From the NCBI GenBank assembly GCA_965213625.1, contig CBDBZU010000004.1:3296001-3360000 (forward strand): DNA of 64,000 nucleotides, given 5' to 3'. The translations under genes were made by a program, and so were the position numbers. Positions 19,445 to 29,950 of the stretch are shown here, in pieces. Below the pieces are notes generated by a model. The model made no database searches. It saw nothing but the letters and a program-made list of their open reading frames with translations, and was not told where the DNA came from. The first letter of the stretch is position 1, and each line of letters opens with the position of its first letter. Origin of the DNA: a bacterium. Lineage in GTDB: Bacteria; UBA8248.

Positions 19445-20136
19445 GGCTTTCGCGCCACTATGAGCACGCGGTTGTAGTGCAAATACAACGGCGAGGCCAA
19501 TAAGCCCGCGGCCGCAAGCCACGCGAGTTGATCATCCAGTTTTGCGGGGTAATCGTCTTTCGAATCGTAGCGCTCTCGATATTCCTGATAGCTCATCGGC
19601 GCATCCACACCCCGGTTCTGACGAATCCACACGCGCTCATACGCATCGGGAAAGTCGTCAAAGCGCGTCTGGAACCGGTCCAGTATGTAAAACGCGCCTC
19701 CCGGACGAAGCAATTCGAACACTTTTTCATAGACAACGCGTTTGCTCTCATGCGGAATCTCGTGCAGGGCCTGGCTGCTGAATACCGCCGCATAAGGCGC
19801 ATGGGGAAACTCGACCGCCCTCAGACGGTTCATATCGCCCGGAAGTGGATAATATCTGTCCCCATTAGCGTGCAGGCGCTCTGAGGCGAGTTTCAACATC
19901 TCCTCCGAGCTATCGAGGCATACTATACTTGCATGGGGTATGCGTTCGAAAATGAGGGCTTCCACCTGCCCCGAACCGGAACCCAAATCCAGCATCCAGC
20001 CATCATCCGGCCCCACACTTTCGAGAAGGGTGATCAACAAATCGAGTTGATTCGCCCGGTCGGGATTGTCCCGCGCCGCGTTCACCGCATCCCAGTTTTG
20101 GGCGAAACTCCCCTCTCCCCAGGCGTCTTTCTTCAT
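19441..20136 (-). CDS. Class I SAM-dependent methyltransferase
   Basis: LDLGSGSG, ALHEI, LLRPGG; TGATG overlap with upstream MmgE/PrpD gene. Confidence 0.85.
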   Translation of the reverse strand: MKKDAWGEGSFAQNWDAVNAARDNPDRANQLDLLITLLESVGPDDGWMLDLGSGSGQVEALIFERIPHASIVCLDSSEEMLKLASERLHANGDRYYPLPGDMNRLRAVEFPHAPYAAVFSSQALHEIPHESKRVVYEKVFELLRPGGAFYILDRFQTRFDDFPDAYERVWIRQNRGVDAPMSYQEYRERYDSKDDYPAKLDDQLAWLAAAGLLASPLYLHYNRVLIVARKP

Positions 20137-21512
20137 CAAGCAGCCCTGCAAGCGTTCATCAAAGAGCTCGCGTCCGGCGCCATTTCGAACGCCACGACGG
20201 CCTTAACGGCGGATTCGACTTTGGTCTCGGGCAGAACGCGGCTCGCATTGCCCCGGAACTTGGCCTGCACGTCCGTCCATTCCATCGGGTTTTCGGGATT
20301 TCCCCAGTTTATGGGTTCATCCCGCTCCAGGACGCGGCCGTCTTTGAGCGTCATTTTCACGCCGCCGTGCAGGTATTTGGGAAAGCGACCCGAATCCACG
20401 CCCGAGCACTTCACCTTCCCGGCCAGTTCGAGCACCTGCTGATCGCTCAGATTTTCTTCCTCGAAATCATCGAGCGTAGCCCGGCCCTTCACCACGTTCA
20501 CCGCCAGACAAAATGGCAGGCTGAAAAGCGCCGCATACTGGGTGTTGGGCTTTCTCTTGTGCTCGATGGGTTCGCATACGATGTGGAGGACCGGCTCGGG
20601 CGTGATGGTCTCGATCTCATCGATCTCACCAATAGATATGCCCGCTTCGCTCACCAGATTTTTGGCCGCATCCATCGTCGCGTGATTGAAATGGCAGCAA
20701 GGATAGGGTTTGAACGATATGCGCAGCGTCTCCCATCGTTCCCCGAGTCCGCCCGCCAGGATTTCCGCATCGTAGGCCGGCTCGCTCAAGTGCGTGGCAT
20801 AAAGGCCGAACCTGCCTTCCAGGACCTTTCGGGGACCCATGAATCCGTGCCCCGCCATCTGCGCGGCGGTGATTCCCGCATGGGAAGCCCAGCCCGGATG
20901 GAAGCGCTTCACCCAGCTTCCATCGTCCAGAAACTCCTGAATCCCCGCCGCCTGGCTCCCGCACACGCCGAAGGCGTTGGCGATTGCCTCGGGCGAATGC
21001 TTCATCAGACGCCCCATAATGGCCGCCGCACCAAATGCGCCGCATATCGGCGTGGCGTGATAACCCTCGGCGTGAAACGCCCCCGGCACCGCGCCCCCGA
21101 TTCTGGCGATGACTTCATAACCCGCCACCATGGCCGCTAAAATATCCTGGCCGCTTGCGCCCACCGCCTCGCCCGCTGCCAAAGCCGTTGGCACCACACA
21201 GGCGCTCATGTGGGTGATGGAATCCGTATGCGTGTCGTCGAAATCAAGGCCATGCACGTAGCTGCCATTCACCATGGCGGTGTGTGCGACGGGCAGCTTG
21301 TCCCCATAGCGCCAGATCGTGGCCTGTGGATTACCGCCCCAATCGCGCGCCGTTTTCGTTACCGCGTCGGCGTATGGCTCCCTCGTTGCAGCAAGTCCTA
21401 TCCCCAAGGCATCCAAAAGGTGGAGCTTCGCCTTATCGACCACCTGCCCGGGAATGTCCTCAAAAGATAAACCGGCGGCGAATTGCGCCAGTTTGTCGCT
21501 CATCGTTTCCAT
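20136..21512 (-). CDS. MmgE/PrpD family protein
   Basis: HGLDFDDTH, KRFHPG, FKPYPCC. Confidence 0.9.
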   Translation of the reverse strand: METMSDKLAQFAAGLSFEDIPGQVVDKAKLHLLDALGIGLAATREPYADAVTKTARDWGGNPQATIWRYGDKLPVAHTAMVNGSYVHGLDFDDTHTDSITHMSACVVPTALAAGEAVGASGQDILAAMVAGYEVIARIGGAVPGAFHAEGYHATPICGAFGAAAIMGRLMKHSPEAIANAFGVCGSQAAGIQEFLDDGSWVKRFHPGWASHAGITAAQMAGHGFMGPRKVLEGRFGLYATHLSEPAYDAEILAGGLGERWETLRISFKPYPCCHFNHATMDAAKNLVSEAGISIGEIDEIETITPEPVLHIVCEPIEHKRKPNTQYAALFSLPFCLAVNVVKGRATLDDFEEENLSDQQVLELAGKVKCSGVDSGRFPKYLHGGVKMTLKDGRVLERDEPINWGNPENPMEWTDVQAKFRGNASRVLPETKVESAVKAVVAFEMAPDASSLMNACRAA

Positions 21513-21539
21513 GTTCGTCTCCCGATCCTGAGTCCGCTC

Positions 21540-22904
21540 CTAGGCAAGATTCGTCACCAATCCGCTCATCGTTTCCATCTCATCGAGGTGCGAGGCGGCC
21601 TTTATCAACGCATCCTGTGCGTCAGGCGATATAACGCCTCCCGTTATCTGTCTGAATTTCCCCGCCACCATATCGAAATCCATCGGGTTCTGGGGCGAGC
21701 CCTTGGGTCCGGCGATGCGACTCTCGAGCTCACGGCCATCACGCGTGCGAATCGCCACTTTGGCAGGAAAGGTTTTGGGATAGAGCTGTTCGATCTCAGG
21801 GTCCACCGTGAAGCGCGCCCGCCGCGCGAGACTCACCAACTCAGGGTCGGCGATGCGTTCGGGAGTGAACTGGCCAGGCCCTGCCTCCCCGTCGGTCAGC
21901 GCAACTGCGGCGCAATACTCGATGTTCATCTGTGCGCGGAGTGAACTCACCGGCTCATAACGCCAGGAACATTGCTGCTTCACCACGCTGTGGTTCAATA
22001 TCTCCATTTCTTCCACGTCATCAGGAGCGACGCCATGTTCCCTGCGCAGGGCGAGAACGGCGTCGATGGTCGAATGTGTGCTCCCGCAACAGCAATATGG
22101 TTTGAAGGAAACTCCCTCCGCCTCCCAATGTTCACCTAAACTTCTTGTCAGCGGCTCAGGGTCCCCGCATCCGCTGAACGCTCGAATGAATCCGCCGTCT
22201 CCGTACTCGAAAATCTCCTTGGGTCCCGTATAGCCGCCCTCTGCTAAAGAGGTTGCCATCAGGCCGCTCTGGGCCGCCCGGCCTGCGTGAAAGCGCTTCG
22301 TCTCCGAGCCATCACACTGAAAGGCCCAAGTCCCCGCCCCCTGTGTTCCCGCTAACCCCAAAGCGTTGGCTGTCTGCTCGGGGTTCAAGCCCATCAGATG
22401 CGCCGCAGCAGCGGCGGCTCCAAAGGGACCGCACAGGCCCGTGAGGTGAAATCCCCGCCTGCGCACCTCCAGGCAGTCGGCGGCGATGCTCGCGCGAATC
22501 ATCGTTTCATAGCCCACGGCGCAGGCGGTCATGAACGTCCTGCCGTCCACGCTTAATTTCTCGGCAAGCGGATACGCGGCAGCGAAGACCACTGCGCCCG
22601 GGTGGAGCTTGGCGCCGCTGTGGTAATCATCAAGTTCGAACGCGTGCATCCAGGTGCCCAGACAAAGCGCGACAGGCCCCACCGGTCCACGCCAGTCGTT
22701 TTTCCAGAGAGTGGATTGCGCGCTTCCACCCTGATCCTGAATGAAACGAGACAGTATGCGTCCCGACTCGGTGGTTGTGCCATAAATTCCGCAGCCGACG
22801 GCGTCCAGAAAATACTTGCGCATACAGGCGCGCAGGTTTGCGGATAAATCTCCATAGGAAGTCTCACTGATGAATCGCGCGAGTTCGCGAGTGTGGCCGT
22901 TCAT
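21540..22904 (-). CDS. MmgE/PrpD family protein
   Basis: HAFELDDYH, HPG, KRFHAG, FKPYCCC, PKGSPQNP. Confidence 0.9.
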   Translation of the reverse strand: MNGHTRELARFISETSYGDLSANLRACMRKYFLDAVGCGIYGTTTESGRILSRFIQDQGGSAQSTLWKNDWRGPVGPVALCLGTWMHAFELDDYHSGAKLHPGAVVFAAAYPLAEKLSVDGRTFMTACAVGYETMIRASIAADCLEVRRRGFHLTGLCGPFGAAAAAAHLMGLNPEQTANALGLAGTQGAGTWAFQCDGSETKRFHAGRAAQSGLMATSLAEGGYTGPKEIFEYGDGGFIRAFSGCGDPEPLTRSLGEHWEAEGVSFKPYCCCGSTHSTIDAVLALRREHGVAPDDVEEMEILNHSVVKQQCSWRYEPVSSLRAQMNIEYCAAVALTDGEAGPGQFTPERIADPELVSLARRARFTVDPEIEQLYPKTFPAKVAIRTRDGRELESRIAGPKGSPQNPMDFDMVAGKFRQITGGVISPDAQDALIKAASHLDEMETMSGLVTNLA

Positions 22905-22911
22905 TCTAACC

Positions 22912-23787
22912 TCATTTTCTTGGTAGGTATTCTGCTTCTATCGCATGATACGCGTCGTAATCGAGGAGGCGGTAAAGTTCCTTGCGCGTCATCATGTTGT
23001 CCAGATAATCCACCATCGTACCTTTATTTTTCAGTTCATCGAGCAGCAATTCGCCCGCCTTGAGCATCGTGCGCATGATGCTCACTGGAAACAGGACAAA
23101 TTTATAGCCCATCTGCTCAAAATCCTCTTTTGAGATATGTGGCGTCTTGCCGAACTCCGTCATGTTAGCTAGCAGAGGGCCCGGGCAACGCTCGGCATAT
23201 TCGATGAACTCATCACGCGTCTCGAGCGCTTCGATGAAAATGACATCCGCCCCGGCGTCGAGTGCCGCATTGCCGCGTTCGACGGCCTCACCCATACCGT
23301 GGACGTATTTTGCGTCGATTCGCGCCATGACGGCGAAATCCGGATCCTCACGATGGTCCACGGCGGCGCGGATTTTTCCCATAAACTCCTCGCGGCTCAC
23401 CACCTGTTTTCCGTCCAGATGTCCGCAGCGCTTGGGCAGCACCTGATCTTCTATCTGAATACACGCAACGCCCGCACTTTCGAAATCGCGCACAGTGCGC
23501 ACCACGTTCACAGCATTGCCGTAGCCTGTATCTACGTCCACTACCAGCGGGATATCCACGGCGTCGGCCATATACCTCGCGTTCATGAGCACTTCGCTAA
23601 AAGAAGCCAGGCCGTTGTCGGGCAACCCCGCCAAAGCGTTCACCACACCCGCTCCGGACATGTAGACGGCCTCGAATCCCTTGGACGCGATGAGTCTGGC
23701 CGTAAGCGCGTCGTGCGCGCCGGGGATGATCGTCGTCCCCGGTCGTTCAATAATTTTTCTGAATTTTTTTCGTACCGACTCGGCCAT
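22912..23787 (-). CDS. prpB: Methylisocitrate lyase (ICL/PEP mutase family)
   Basis: DVDTGYG, EDQVLPKRCGH, LLANMTEFGKTP. Confidence 0.8.
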   Translation of the reverse strand: MAESVRKKFRKIIERPGTTIIPGAHDALTARLIASKGFEAVYMSGAGVVNALAGLPDNGLASFSEVLMNARYMADAVDIPLVVDVDTGYGNAVNVVRTVRDFESAGVACIQIEDQVLPKRCGHLDGKQVVSREEFMGKIRAAVDHREDPDFAVMARIDAKYVHGMGEAVERGNAALDAGADVIFIEALETRDEFIEYAERCPGPLLANMTEFGKTPHISKEDFEQMGYKFVLFPVSIMRTMLKAGELLLDELKNKGTMVDYLDNMMTRKELYRLLDYDAYHAIEAEYLPRK

Positions 23788-24031
23788 GCACCTTTCCTTC
23801 CCGGCAAAATCAATGGATTGAAGCGTAGGTCACCTAATCACCGAACCGCATCTTCTCCTTGATATAAAAGAACTTATCCGCCGCCCCCGCCTCAACGCAA
23901 CCACCCTTGATTCTTTCACATCATCCGGCGGCATCGCCATAGCCTAAAGCCGATTTTTCCTTGACAAACCGCCGACGAGAAGTGGCATAATTTCAGATGG
24001 CGTGGGGGGTTAGAACTTGGAGAGTTTTACG

Positions 24032-24568
24032 ATGACGAATGAAAACGAAGACGTGAGTTTCGACGAAAAATATGAAGAAGAATCCAAGGTCAACTCCGAC
24101 CTCAAGCGCGCCCTGGATCTTTTGAATCAAGGCGGCGTTGCCCATGCGAAAGGAAACCTCGACAAGGCCATCGAATTGTATAGGGACTCCATCGCCTACT
24201 ACCCCACAGCAGACGCGCACACCTATCTGGGCTGGATGTACAGCAAACAGGGCCGCCTCGAGGAAGCCATCGAGGAATGCCACATGGCCATAGAGGTCGA
24301 CGATGAGTTCGGAAACCCCTACAACGATATCGGCTGTTATCTCATGCAGTTGGGCGAACTCGATGAGGCGGCCAATTGGCTAGAGAAAGCGAAGGCAGCG
24401 CCGAGATACGAGCCGCGCCATTTCCCCTACATGAACCTGGGTCGTATCTACCTTAAGAAAAAAGAGTACGGCAAGGCGCAAGGCGAGATTTACGAGGCCA
24501 TCAGGCGCGCGCCCGAAGTGGAGGGCCTGAAAAAGAATTTCCTGGAATTGGTGTCGATGCTCAACTAG
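24032..24568 (+). CDS. Tetratricopeptide repeat protein
   Basis: Tandem TPR helices (ADAHTYLGW, GNPYNDIG, PYMNLG). Confidence 0.88.
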   Translation: MTNENEDVSFDEKYEEESKVNSDLKRALDLLNQGGVAHAKGNLDKAIELYRDSIAYYPTADAHTYLGWMYSKQGRLEEAIEECHMAIEVDDEFGNPYNDIGCYLMQLGELDEAANWLEKAKAAPRYEPRHFPYMNLGRIYLKKKEYGKAQGEIYEAIRRAPEVEGLKKNFLELVSMLN

Positions 24569-24581
24569 AAATCAACCCACG

Positions 24582-24613
24582 AAAAAAGCCGGCCCTTGTG
24601 CGGCCGGCTTTTT
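24582..24613. terminator. Bidirectional intrinsic terminator
   Basis: AAAAAAGCCGGCC-loop-GGCCGGCTTTTT between convergent genes. Confidence 0.8.
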
Positions 24614-24630
24614 CTTTATGCTCTCGATGA

Positions 24631-25083
24631 CTAACCTGGAATTTTGTCTCTCGTATCCTCTTCCATCCATTCGTTTTCCACGTAAATCGTCTTGGCGGCG
24701 TCACGGTTGGGACAATTGCCATAAGTAAAGACAAGTTCGGCGTCCTCGGTTTCGCTCGGGTTGTAGAGACCGTGGATCTCGCCCGCTGCGCAATAGACGA
24801 AAGTGCCCGAGGGCACCGTATGTTCTTCCCTGTCCTCTCCCATCCAGACAATGATCGGGCCTTTCACGATGTAGAACGTTGCGTCGCACACGTGGTAATG
24901 CCTCTGGTTGCGGCCCTTCGGCGGAATAATGGTGCGCCCCATCGTGATGGTCTGGGTGCCTGTGGCATTGCTGTCCACGCCCCATGCGATGATGAGGGGC
25001 GGCTCGTACTTCTTGTCCACGCCGATGGCAGTGGAATCGATGAGACACCAGCGCTGTTTCGTGGGTGCGGATATGGCTGACAT
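24631..25083 (-). CDS. Cupin domain protein
   Basis: RHYH..DATFYIVKG...GEIHGLYN. Confidence 0.82.
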   Translation of the reverse strand: MSAISAPTKQRWCLIDSTAIGVDKKYEPPLIIAWGVDSNATGTQTITMGRTIIPPKGRNQRHYHVCDATFYIVKGPIIVWMGEDREEHTVPSGTFVYCAAGEIHGLYNPSETEDAELVFTYGNCPNRDAAKTIYVENEWMEEDTRDKIPG

Positions 25084-25194
25084 GGAAGCTCCTTTTGATT
25101 GGTAACGATATGAAAATACCCGTTCACTCGAAGGTGGCCTAATCTAGTCGTTCGTTTCTCAGAGCGCAAGGGCGGAGCCGATATGAGTGAGTCT

Positions 25195-26214
25195 TCACCC
25201 TTCCAGGAACATCTGAACCTCGCTCAAGAGTTCCATCCTGCGTTTTTCCAGTTCCATGAAATGCGTCCCGTCGTTGATGATGACGTAGCGCTTGCCCCGG
25301 CTGTTGCGAAGCGCTTTGTACAGCCCCCAGGCTTCAGGGTCAGCCGAGGCGCCGTCCTGATCCCCCCGGATGAGCAATACGGGACACGTAATCTTGCTCG
25401 CGTCATAAAGCGGTATGTTCCTCGCCCGATCGTACAGATCCGCCAGGGAGCCGTTTGCCAGCCGGAACGCGGGCGTCTTGCGACTGGCGCCTTGTGAGTC
25501 GTAGCCAAGCAGTTCGCGAAAATACGTCTTGACCACTCTGTGTTCGCGCCATTTGTGGTGGGCGTCTCCCGGTATATGGCCCCACCATCGCTGGTGCACG
25601 TCTTTTTCCGTACACCAGGACCACGCCCCTCGCCTCGCGTCGAATACCCCGGGCATTCGGGGGTCTTCCATCTGCTTCGCGCGCTGAGGGTTGTCATATG
25701 CGTAATAAGGCGCATATAGCACGAGCTTGTGCACCTTCTTCATATTATCAGCCGCATACGCCGGGCTCGTCGTCGTTCCCCATGAGCGGCCCATAATACT
25801 GAGCTTGTTTACGCCCCGCTGCTCGCTAATGAAATCGACTGCCGCCTTGATGTCCCTTACGGCCACCTTTCCCGGTATCGCGGGAGGTTTGCCTTTAGGG
25901 CTGGCGAACATCTCCTCCGGCCAGGTCGATTCGCCAAAACCCCGAATCGAGAGCGCGAAAACGTCGAACCCGCGCGAGGCGATGTAATCCATCCAGGAAT
26001 AGCCGGGAACTGGGAGGTCATAGGCTACGGGGCCGGGCGCCATCCGCCCGTGCACGATGAGGAGCGTGGCCTGATCCCCAAATATTTTCTTGTCCTTGGG
26101 TCGCTTTTCTCTCAGGTGCAGCCTGATGCCGGGATCGAGCGAGTCGATGTAGTGATCGATCCGCTCCACTCCCTTCGAAGCGGAATTCTTTCGTGGCGCA
26201 GCGCTCAAATCCAA
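25195..26214 (-). CDS. Alpha/beta fold hydrolase
   Basis: VHG, GFGES, GRSWG nucleophile elbow, GDQD, GTHF. Confidence 0.85.
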   Translation of the reverse strand: MDLSAAPRKNSASKGVERIDHYIDSLDPGIRLHLREKRPKDKKIFGDQATLLIVHGRMAPGPVAYDLPVPGYSWMDYIASRGFDVFALSIRGFGESTWPEEMFASPKGKPPAIPGKVAVRDIKAAVDFISEQRGVNKLSIMGRSWGTTTSPAYAADNMKKVHKLVLYAPYYAYDNPQRAKQMEDPRMPGVFDARRGAWSWCTEKDVHQRWWGHIPGDAHHKWREHRVVKTYFRELLGYDSQGASRKTPAFRLANGSLADLYDRARNIPLYDASKITCPVLLIRGDQDGASADPEAWGLYKALRNSRGKRYVIINDGTHFMELEKRRMELLSEVQMFLEG

Positions 26215-26220
26215 ATTCCC

Positions 26221-27177
26221 TTAATTTTTCAGGTGTGAATAATCCTGGTCATACGCGGGCGGCAAAGCGCCTCCTTGTCCCTGAATGACGTGAAGCTTGC
26301 CCCATCCCTTGCCTGAATTGCGAAATCCGCGCTGTACTCCAGCAGGCGCCCAGCACATGTCCCATGGCTCGAGCACTGCCTGATGCGAATCTCCCCTCTC
26401 ATCCGTCCAGAATACCGTCCAGTCGCTCTCAAGAGGAATGAAGGCTTCTTCCAGATCAGGATGATCGTGCAGCGGAGCGCCCGAACCCACCCGATTCTCG
26501 TTGATAACGAAGGAGAACTCTCCCTCCGATAAGGACGGGGGCGGACCCACGCCTTCGAGTTCACCACCCACATGTCCTATGTAGCGTCGAATCCCCCGTA
26601 CCCCTTCGGGCAGTGAGGATTCATGATAGACTTGGAAATTCTTGGGACAATCATCGTAACGAACCAACTGGGTGAGCGGATCGACGAAAGAGGCCCCATC
26701 GTCCTCCGCGCCATCCCCTTCTCCCTGAAATATGGGCGGCTCGTAAACGCCGCGCCCGTGAATGTAGTAGAGAAATCCATCGCAATCGCCTGAATTCCTG
26801 TAGCCGCGCATGACGCCCGCCGGCATTCGGATGGCGTCGTAACGCCCGAGTTCAACTTTTTTGATTTCCCCGTCGCGCGCGTCGACCCAGAAGACTTCAA
26901 ACACGCCCTTCCACACCATGAAAACTTCCTCGAACCCATGACTGTGCAGTGGAGCACCGTTTCCAGGTGGCGCCATCACAATACCATTGGCGAATTCCCA
27001 GCCGGGGAGCGCCGCTTTGGGCTCTCTATCGCGAGATCCTCCGATATAGCGATAAACCGCCCGGTGGTGTCCCTCCTCGCGGGCATTGGGCGATGAGTCC
27101 CAGTCAGGCATGATCTCGGCGAAACGGACTATCGTGGTGGGGACAGCTTTGGAAGTTTGATTCGTCACCTTCAGCAC
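26221..27177 (-). CDS. Bicupin protein
   Basis: Two internal repeats: GAPLHSHGFEEVF...RGYRN and GAPLHDHPDLEEAF...RGFRN. Confidence 0.8.
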   Translation of the reverse strand: MLKVTNQTSKAVPTTIVRFAEIMPDWDSSPNAREEGHHRAVYRYIGGSRDREPKAALPGWEFANGIVMAPPGNGAPLHSHGFEEVFMVWKGVFEVFWVDARDGEIKKVELGRYDAIRMPAGVMRGYRNSGDCDGFLYYIHGRGVYEPPIFQGEGDGAEDDGASFVDPLTQLVRYDDCPKNFQVYHESSLPEGVRGIRRYIGHVGGELEGVGPPPSLSEGEFSFVINENRVGSGAPLHDHPDLEEAFIPLESDWTVFWTDERGDSHQAVLEPWDMCWAPAGVQRGFRNSGKGWGKLHVIQGQGGALPPAYDQDYSHLKN

Positions 27178-27193
27178 CTCGCCGGTTATCAGG

Positions 27194-28549
27194 TCAAGGA
27201 AGCGTCGCGTTTAGATACACGCCTTCCGCCTCATACGCTTCATCGAGCAAGACGACGGGATGCACCACCCGAAGGTCCATGTCCCGCTCTCGGGCGCCGA
27301 ACGCGATTTGAATCTGACAACCAGGATTGCCCGTGCAGACCACGGGCGCTTCAGAATCTTTCACATGCCCCATTTTTCTGTCGAGAAGCTGCATGGATAT
27401 TTCCGTTTGCGTGAGATTGTAGCTGCCAGCGGAGCCACAGCACCAATCGCTCTCCTTGAGAGGCACCGTCTCGACATTGCGAATCGCGGAAAGAACTTCG
27501 AGAGGCTCCTTGCGAACTTTGAGCGCGTGAAACAGATGGCAGGGGTGGTGATACGCGATTTTCCGGGGCGAGGGGTGCGCCGCTTCCCGTACGCCGATTC
27601 TGGAGAGAAACACGGTGACGTCCATCGCCTTGTCACTGAACACCTCGGCGCGGCTCGCGTAGAGAGGATCTTTTGCGAGCAAATCTTTGTATTCATGGAG
27701 CATCGCTCCGCAGCCGGAGACGGCCAGGATGACGGCGTCGTACTCGCCCGCGTCGATGGCGTCTATGTTCTCGCGCGCCAGGATTCTCGCTGCCTCTCTG
27801 TCGCCTGCATGGGCTTGCAGCGCCCCGCAGCAGGTCTGCGAAGCGGGGAACACCACGCGCACCCCGTTCGCCGCCAACGCGCGTATAGCGGCCCTGTTCA
27901 CATCGCCGAACAGGGTGGATTGAATACATCCGCCGAAGAAGGCGACGCGGTATTTTTCCTCTCCGATGGGCGCTACTTCCGTAGGAAGAGCTCTCATCGA
28001 GGAGACCGGCGGGGCTTCTGGCATCATGGGTTCGAGTTCGGCCAGTTTTTTGGGCATAAGACCCAGACCCCACACCACGCTTTTCAAAAACGTGGTCTGA
28101 TAAAGACGGGTGGCCACGCCCGCCAGGTTGAGCAACGTCCTGTTCGGCAAAAGCCAACGGAAGAGGATTCTTCTCAAAATCCGCACCGACAAGGGGCGTT
28201 TTCGTACTTTTTCTAGCCCTTCGCGCGCCGCCTCGATCAAGGAGCCATAGGGCACACCCGATGGGCATGCCGTCTCGCAGGCGCGGCAGTCCAGGCAGCG
28301 GTCGAGATGTTTCATCACCGTCTCGTTCGGCGCCATCTCGCCGTCTGTCACCATGCGCATGAGGTAAATTCTCCCCCGGGGGGAGTCCATCTCGTTGCCG
28401 AGCAGCGTGAAGGTGGGGCAACTCGTGCCGCAAAACCCGCAATGGATGCAACGCTGAATCATCTCCCTGTCGGGAGCTTCCGGGCCGACGAAGGGATTTT
28501 CGTATTCGGGAAAAACTTGAGCGAAACCTGCTTTTTGGTCCGTGGCCAC
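27194..28549 (-). CDS. glcF: Glycolate oxidase iron-sulfur subunit
   Basis: CIHCGFCxxxCPT, DSPRGRI, CLDCRACETACPSGV, two CCG domains. Confidence 0.88.
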   Translation of the reverse strand: MATDQKAGFAQVFPEYENPFVGPEAPDREMIQRCIHCGFCGTSCPTFTLLGNEMDSPRGRIYLMRMVTDGEMAPNETVMKHLDRCLDCRACETACPSGVPYGSLIEAAREGLEKVRKRPLSVRILRRILFRWLLPNRTLLNLAGVATRLYQTTFLKSVVWGLGLMPKKLAELEPMMPEAPPVSSMRALPTEVAPIGEEKYRVAFFGGCIQSTLFGDVNRAAIRALAANGVRVVFPASQTCCGALQAHAGDREAARILARENIDAIDAGEYDAVILAVSGCGAMLHEYKDLLAKDPLYASRAEVFSDKAMDVTVFLSRIGVREAAHPSPRKIAYHHPCHLFHALKVRKEPLEVLSAIRNVETVPLKESDWCCGSAGSYNLTQTEISMQLLDRKMGHVKDSEAPVVCTGNPGCQIQIAFGARERDMDLRVVHPVVLLDEAYEAEGVYLNATLP

Positions 28550-28563
28550 TTGGTCGTGTCCTC

Positions 28564-29943
28564 CTACATCCGGTCCACGAAGCGGCCGGGACTCAAAGTT
28601 CCTTTCGGGTCATAAGTTTTCTTTATATTTCGCATTACACGCAGCGCAGCGGGTTCGAGCGCGTCCTCACCCCATACGGATATCTGATCTTTCAGTGATT
28701 CCGGCCCCGAATCGAGGCGCAGGTGTACCGAGCGGGCTTGCGACTTATCCCTCCCCTCTTTGCAAAGAGAATTAAAAACGCGCCACGCATCGAGCGGTGA
28801 GGATTTCTCATCCTCGGGCGTGAGCCAGCACTTCAGTACACCGCTGCCCGCGTGAGCCGAAATCTCGCAGCAGTATTTCCCTGCCTCAGCGGCGCGCCTC
28901 GCCGCCTCCGCGAAACGGGGCAGCTGATCGAGTCTGCCTGAGACTCTGAGAGCAAGCGTCTCGGGACCGGAGAAATCTCTTCCAGGTGGATCGGCCAGGA
29001 CGCGGCCTAACCGCGTGGTTTCCCCGTCATCAATGCGCAAGATGTCTTCTGCCCCCTCTATTGCGAGGATTTCCTCGAAGCGGGCAAGTTGATCGTTCAA
29101 CCCATCTTCGAAATCACCGAAGGAGGCAACCAAGCTTACGGGGCCAGGTAAGGCGATGCCACAGCCCGACGCCAACGAGGCATTACGCGCATCGTCCAAC
29201 ACTTCCGCCCATATGGGCATAAGGGGCGAGGCCATCAGCGCCCTGGCCGCGTTAAAAGCGGCGTCTGTCGATGAAAAAGAGGCCGCTCTAGCTCCAATAC
29301 GCTCGGGGGCCTTATAGAGACGAATCGCCAATTCAGTGACGACGGCCAGCGTTCCCCAGCTTCCCGACATGAGGCGATTCATGTCGTAGCCGGTGACGTT
29401 TTTCACCACAAGCGCGCCATAGGTGTGGGTCTCTCCGTCGGCCAGTGCCACCTTCATGCGCATCACACGGTCGCGCGCCTTACCCCAGCGCACCCGCATG
29501 GGACCCGAGCGATCCGCAATGATGGTTCCCCCCACCGTGGAGGTTCCCGGGTACTGGGGGTCGAGTCCTGCCGTCTGGCCCTCAGCGCCTGTCAGCTTAT
29601 CGAGGCCTTCGATACTCATTCCCGCTTCCACAACGGCGGTTAAGTCATCTTGCAGAAACTCCACCGCCTTCGACATGCGCTCCAAAGAGAGCGCGACGTC
29701 GTATTTCCCGGGCGCATAGCCCGTCCCATGCCCCGTGCCTCCTCCCCAGGGGAATACGGCCAGGCCCGCTTCATTCGCGCGAGCGAGAACCCGGCAGAGA
29801 GACTCATGGTCGGAAGGGCTCACTACGACAGAGGGCGTCTTGCCTCCAAGTTTGAAGGACTCCGCACTCTCATTCGACAGCTGAACGGAGTCTCCTAAAT
29901 CTGCTTCAATGGATTGGGCGAACGAATCGAGTTTGAGAGCCAT
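28564..29943 (-). CDS. glcE: Glycolate oxidase FAD-binding subunit
   Basis: VVKNVTGYD, GSWGTL, DPKGTLSPG; lies between glcD and glcF. Confidence 0.82.
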   Translation of the reverse strand: MALKLDSFAQSIEADLGDSVQLSNESAESFKLGGKTPSVVVSPSDHESLCRVLARANEAGLAVFPWGGGTGHGTGYAPGKYDVALSLERMSKAVEFLQDDLTAVVEAGMSIEGLDKLTGAEGQTAGLDPQYPGTSTVGGTIIADRSGPMRVRWGKARDRVMRMKVALADGETHTYGALVVKNVTGYDMNRLMSGSWGTLAVVTELAIRLYKAPERIGARAASFSSTDAAFNAARALMASPLMPIWAEVLDDARNASLASGCGIALPGPVSLVASFGDFEDGLNDQLARFEEILAIEGAEDILRIDDGETTRLGRVLADPPGRDFSGPETLALRVSGRLDQLPRFAEAARRAAEAGKYCCEISAHAGSGVLKCWLTPEDEKSSPLDAWRVFNSLCKEGRDKSQARSVHLRLDSGPESLKDQISVWGEDALEPAALRVMRNIKKTYDPKGTLSPGRFVDRM

Positions 29944-29950
29944 GGTTTTC

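Noticed and set aside
23961-23991. TTGACA...CATAAT promoter before the TPR gene
   Set aside because: The spacer is 19 nt; plausible but not well enough supported to list.
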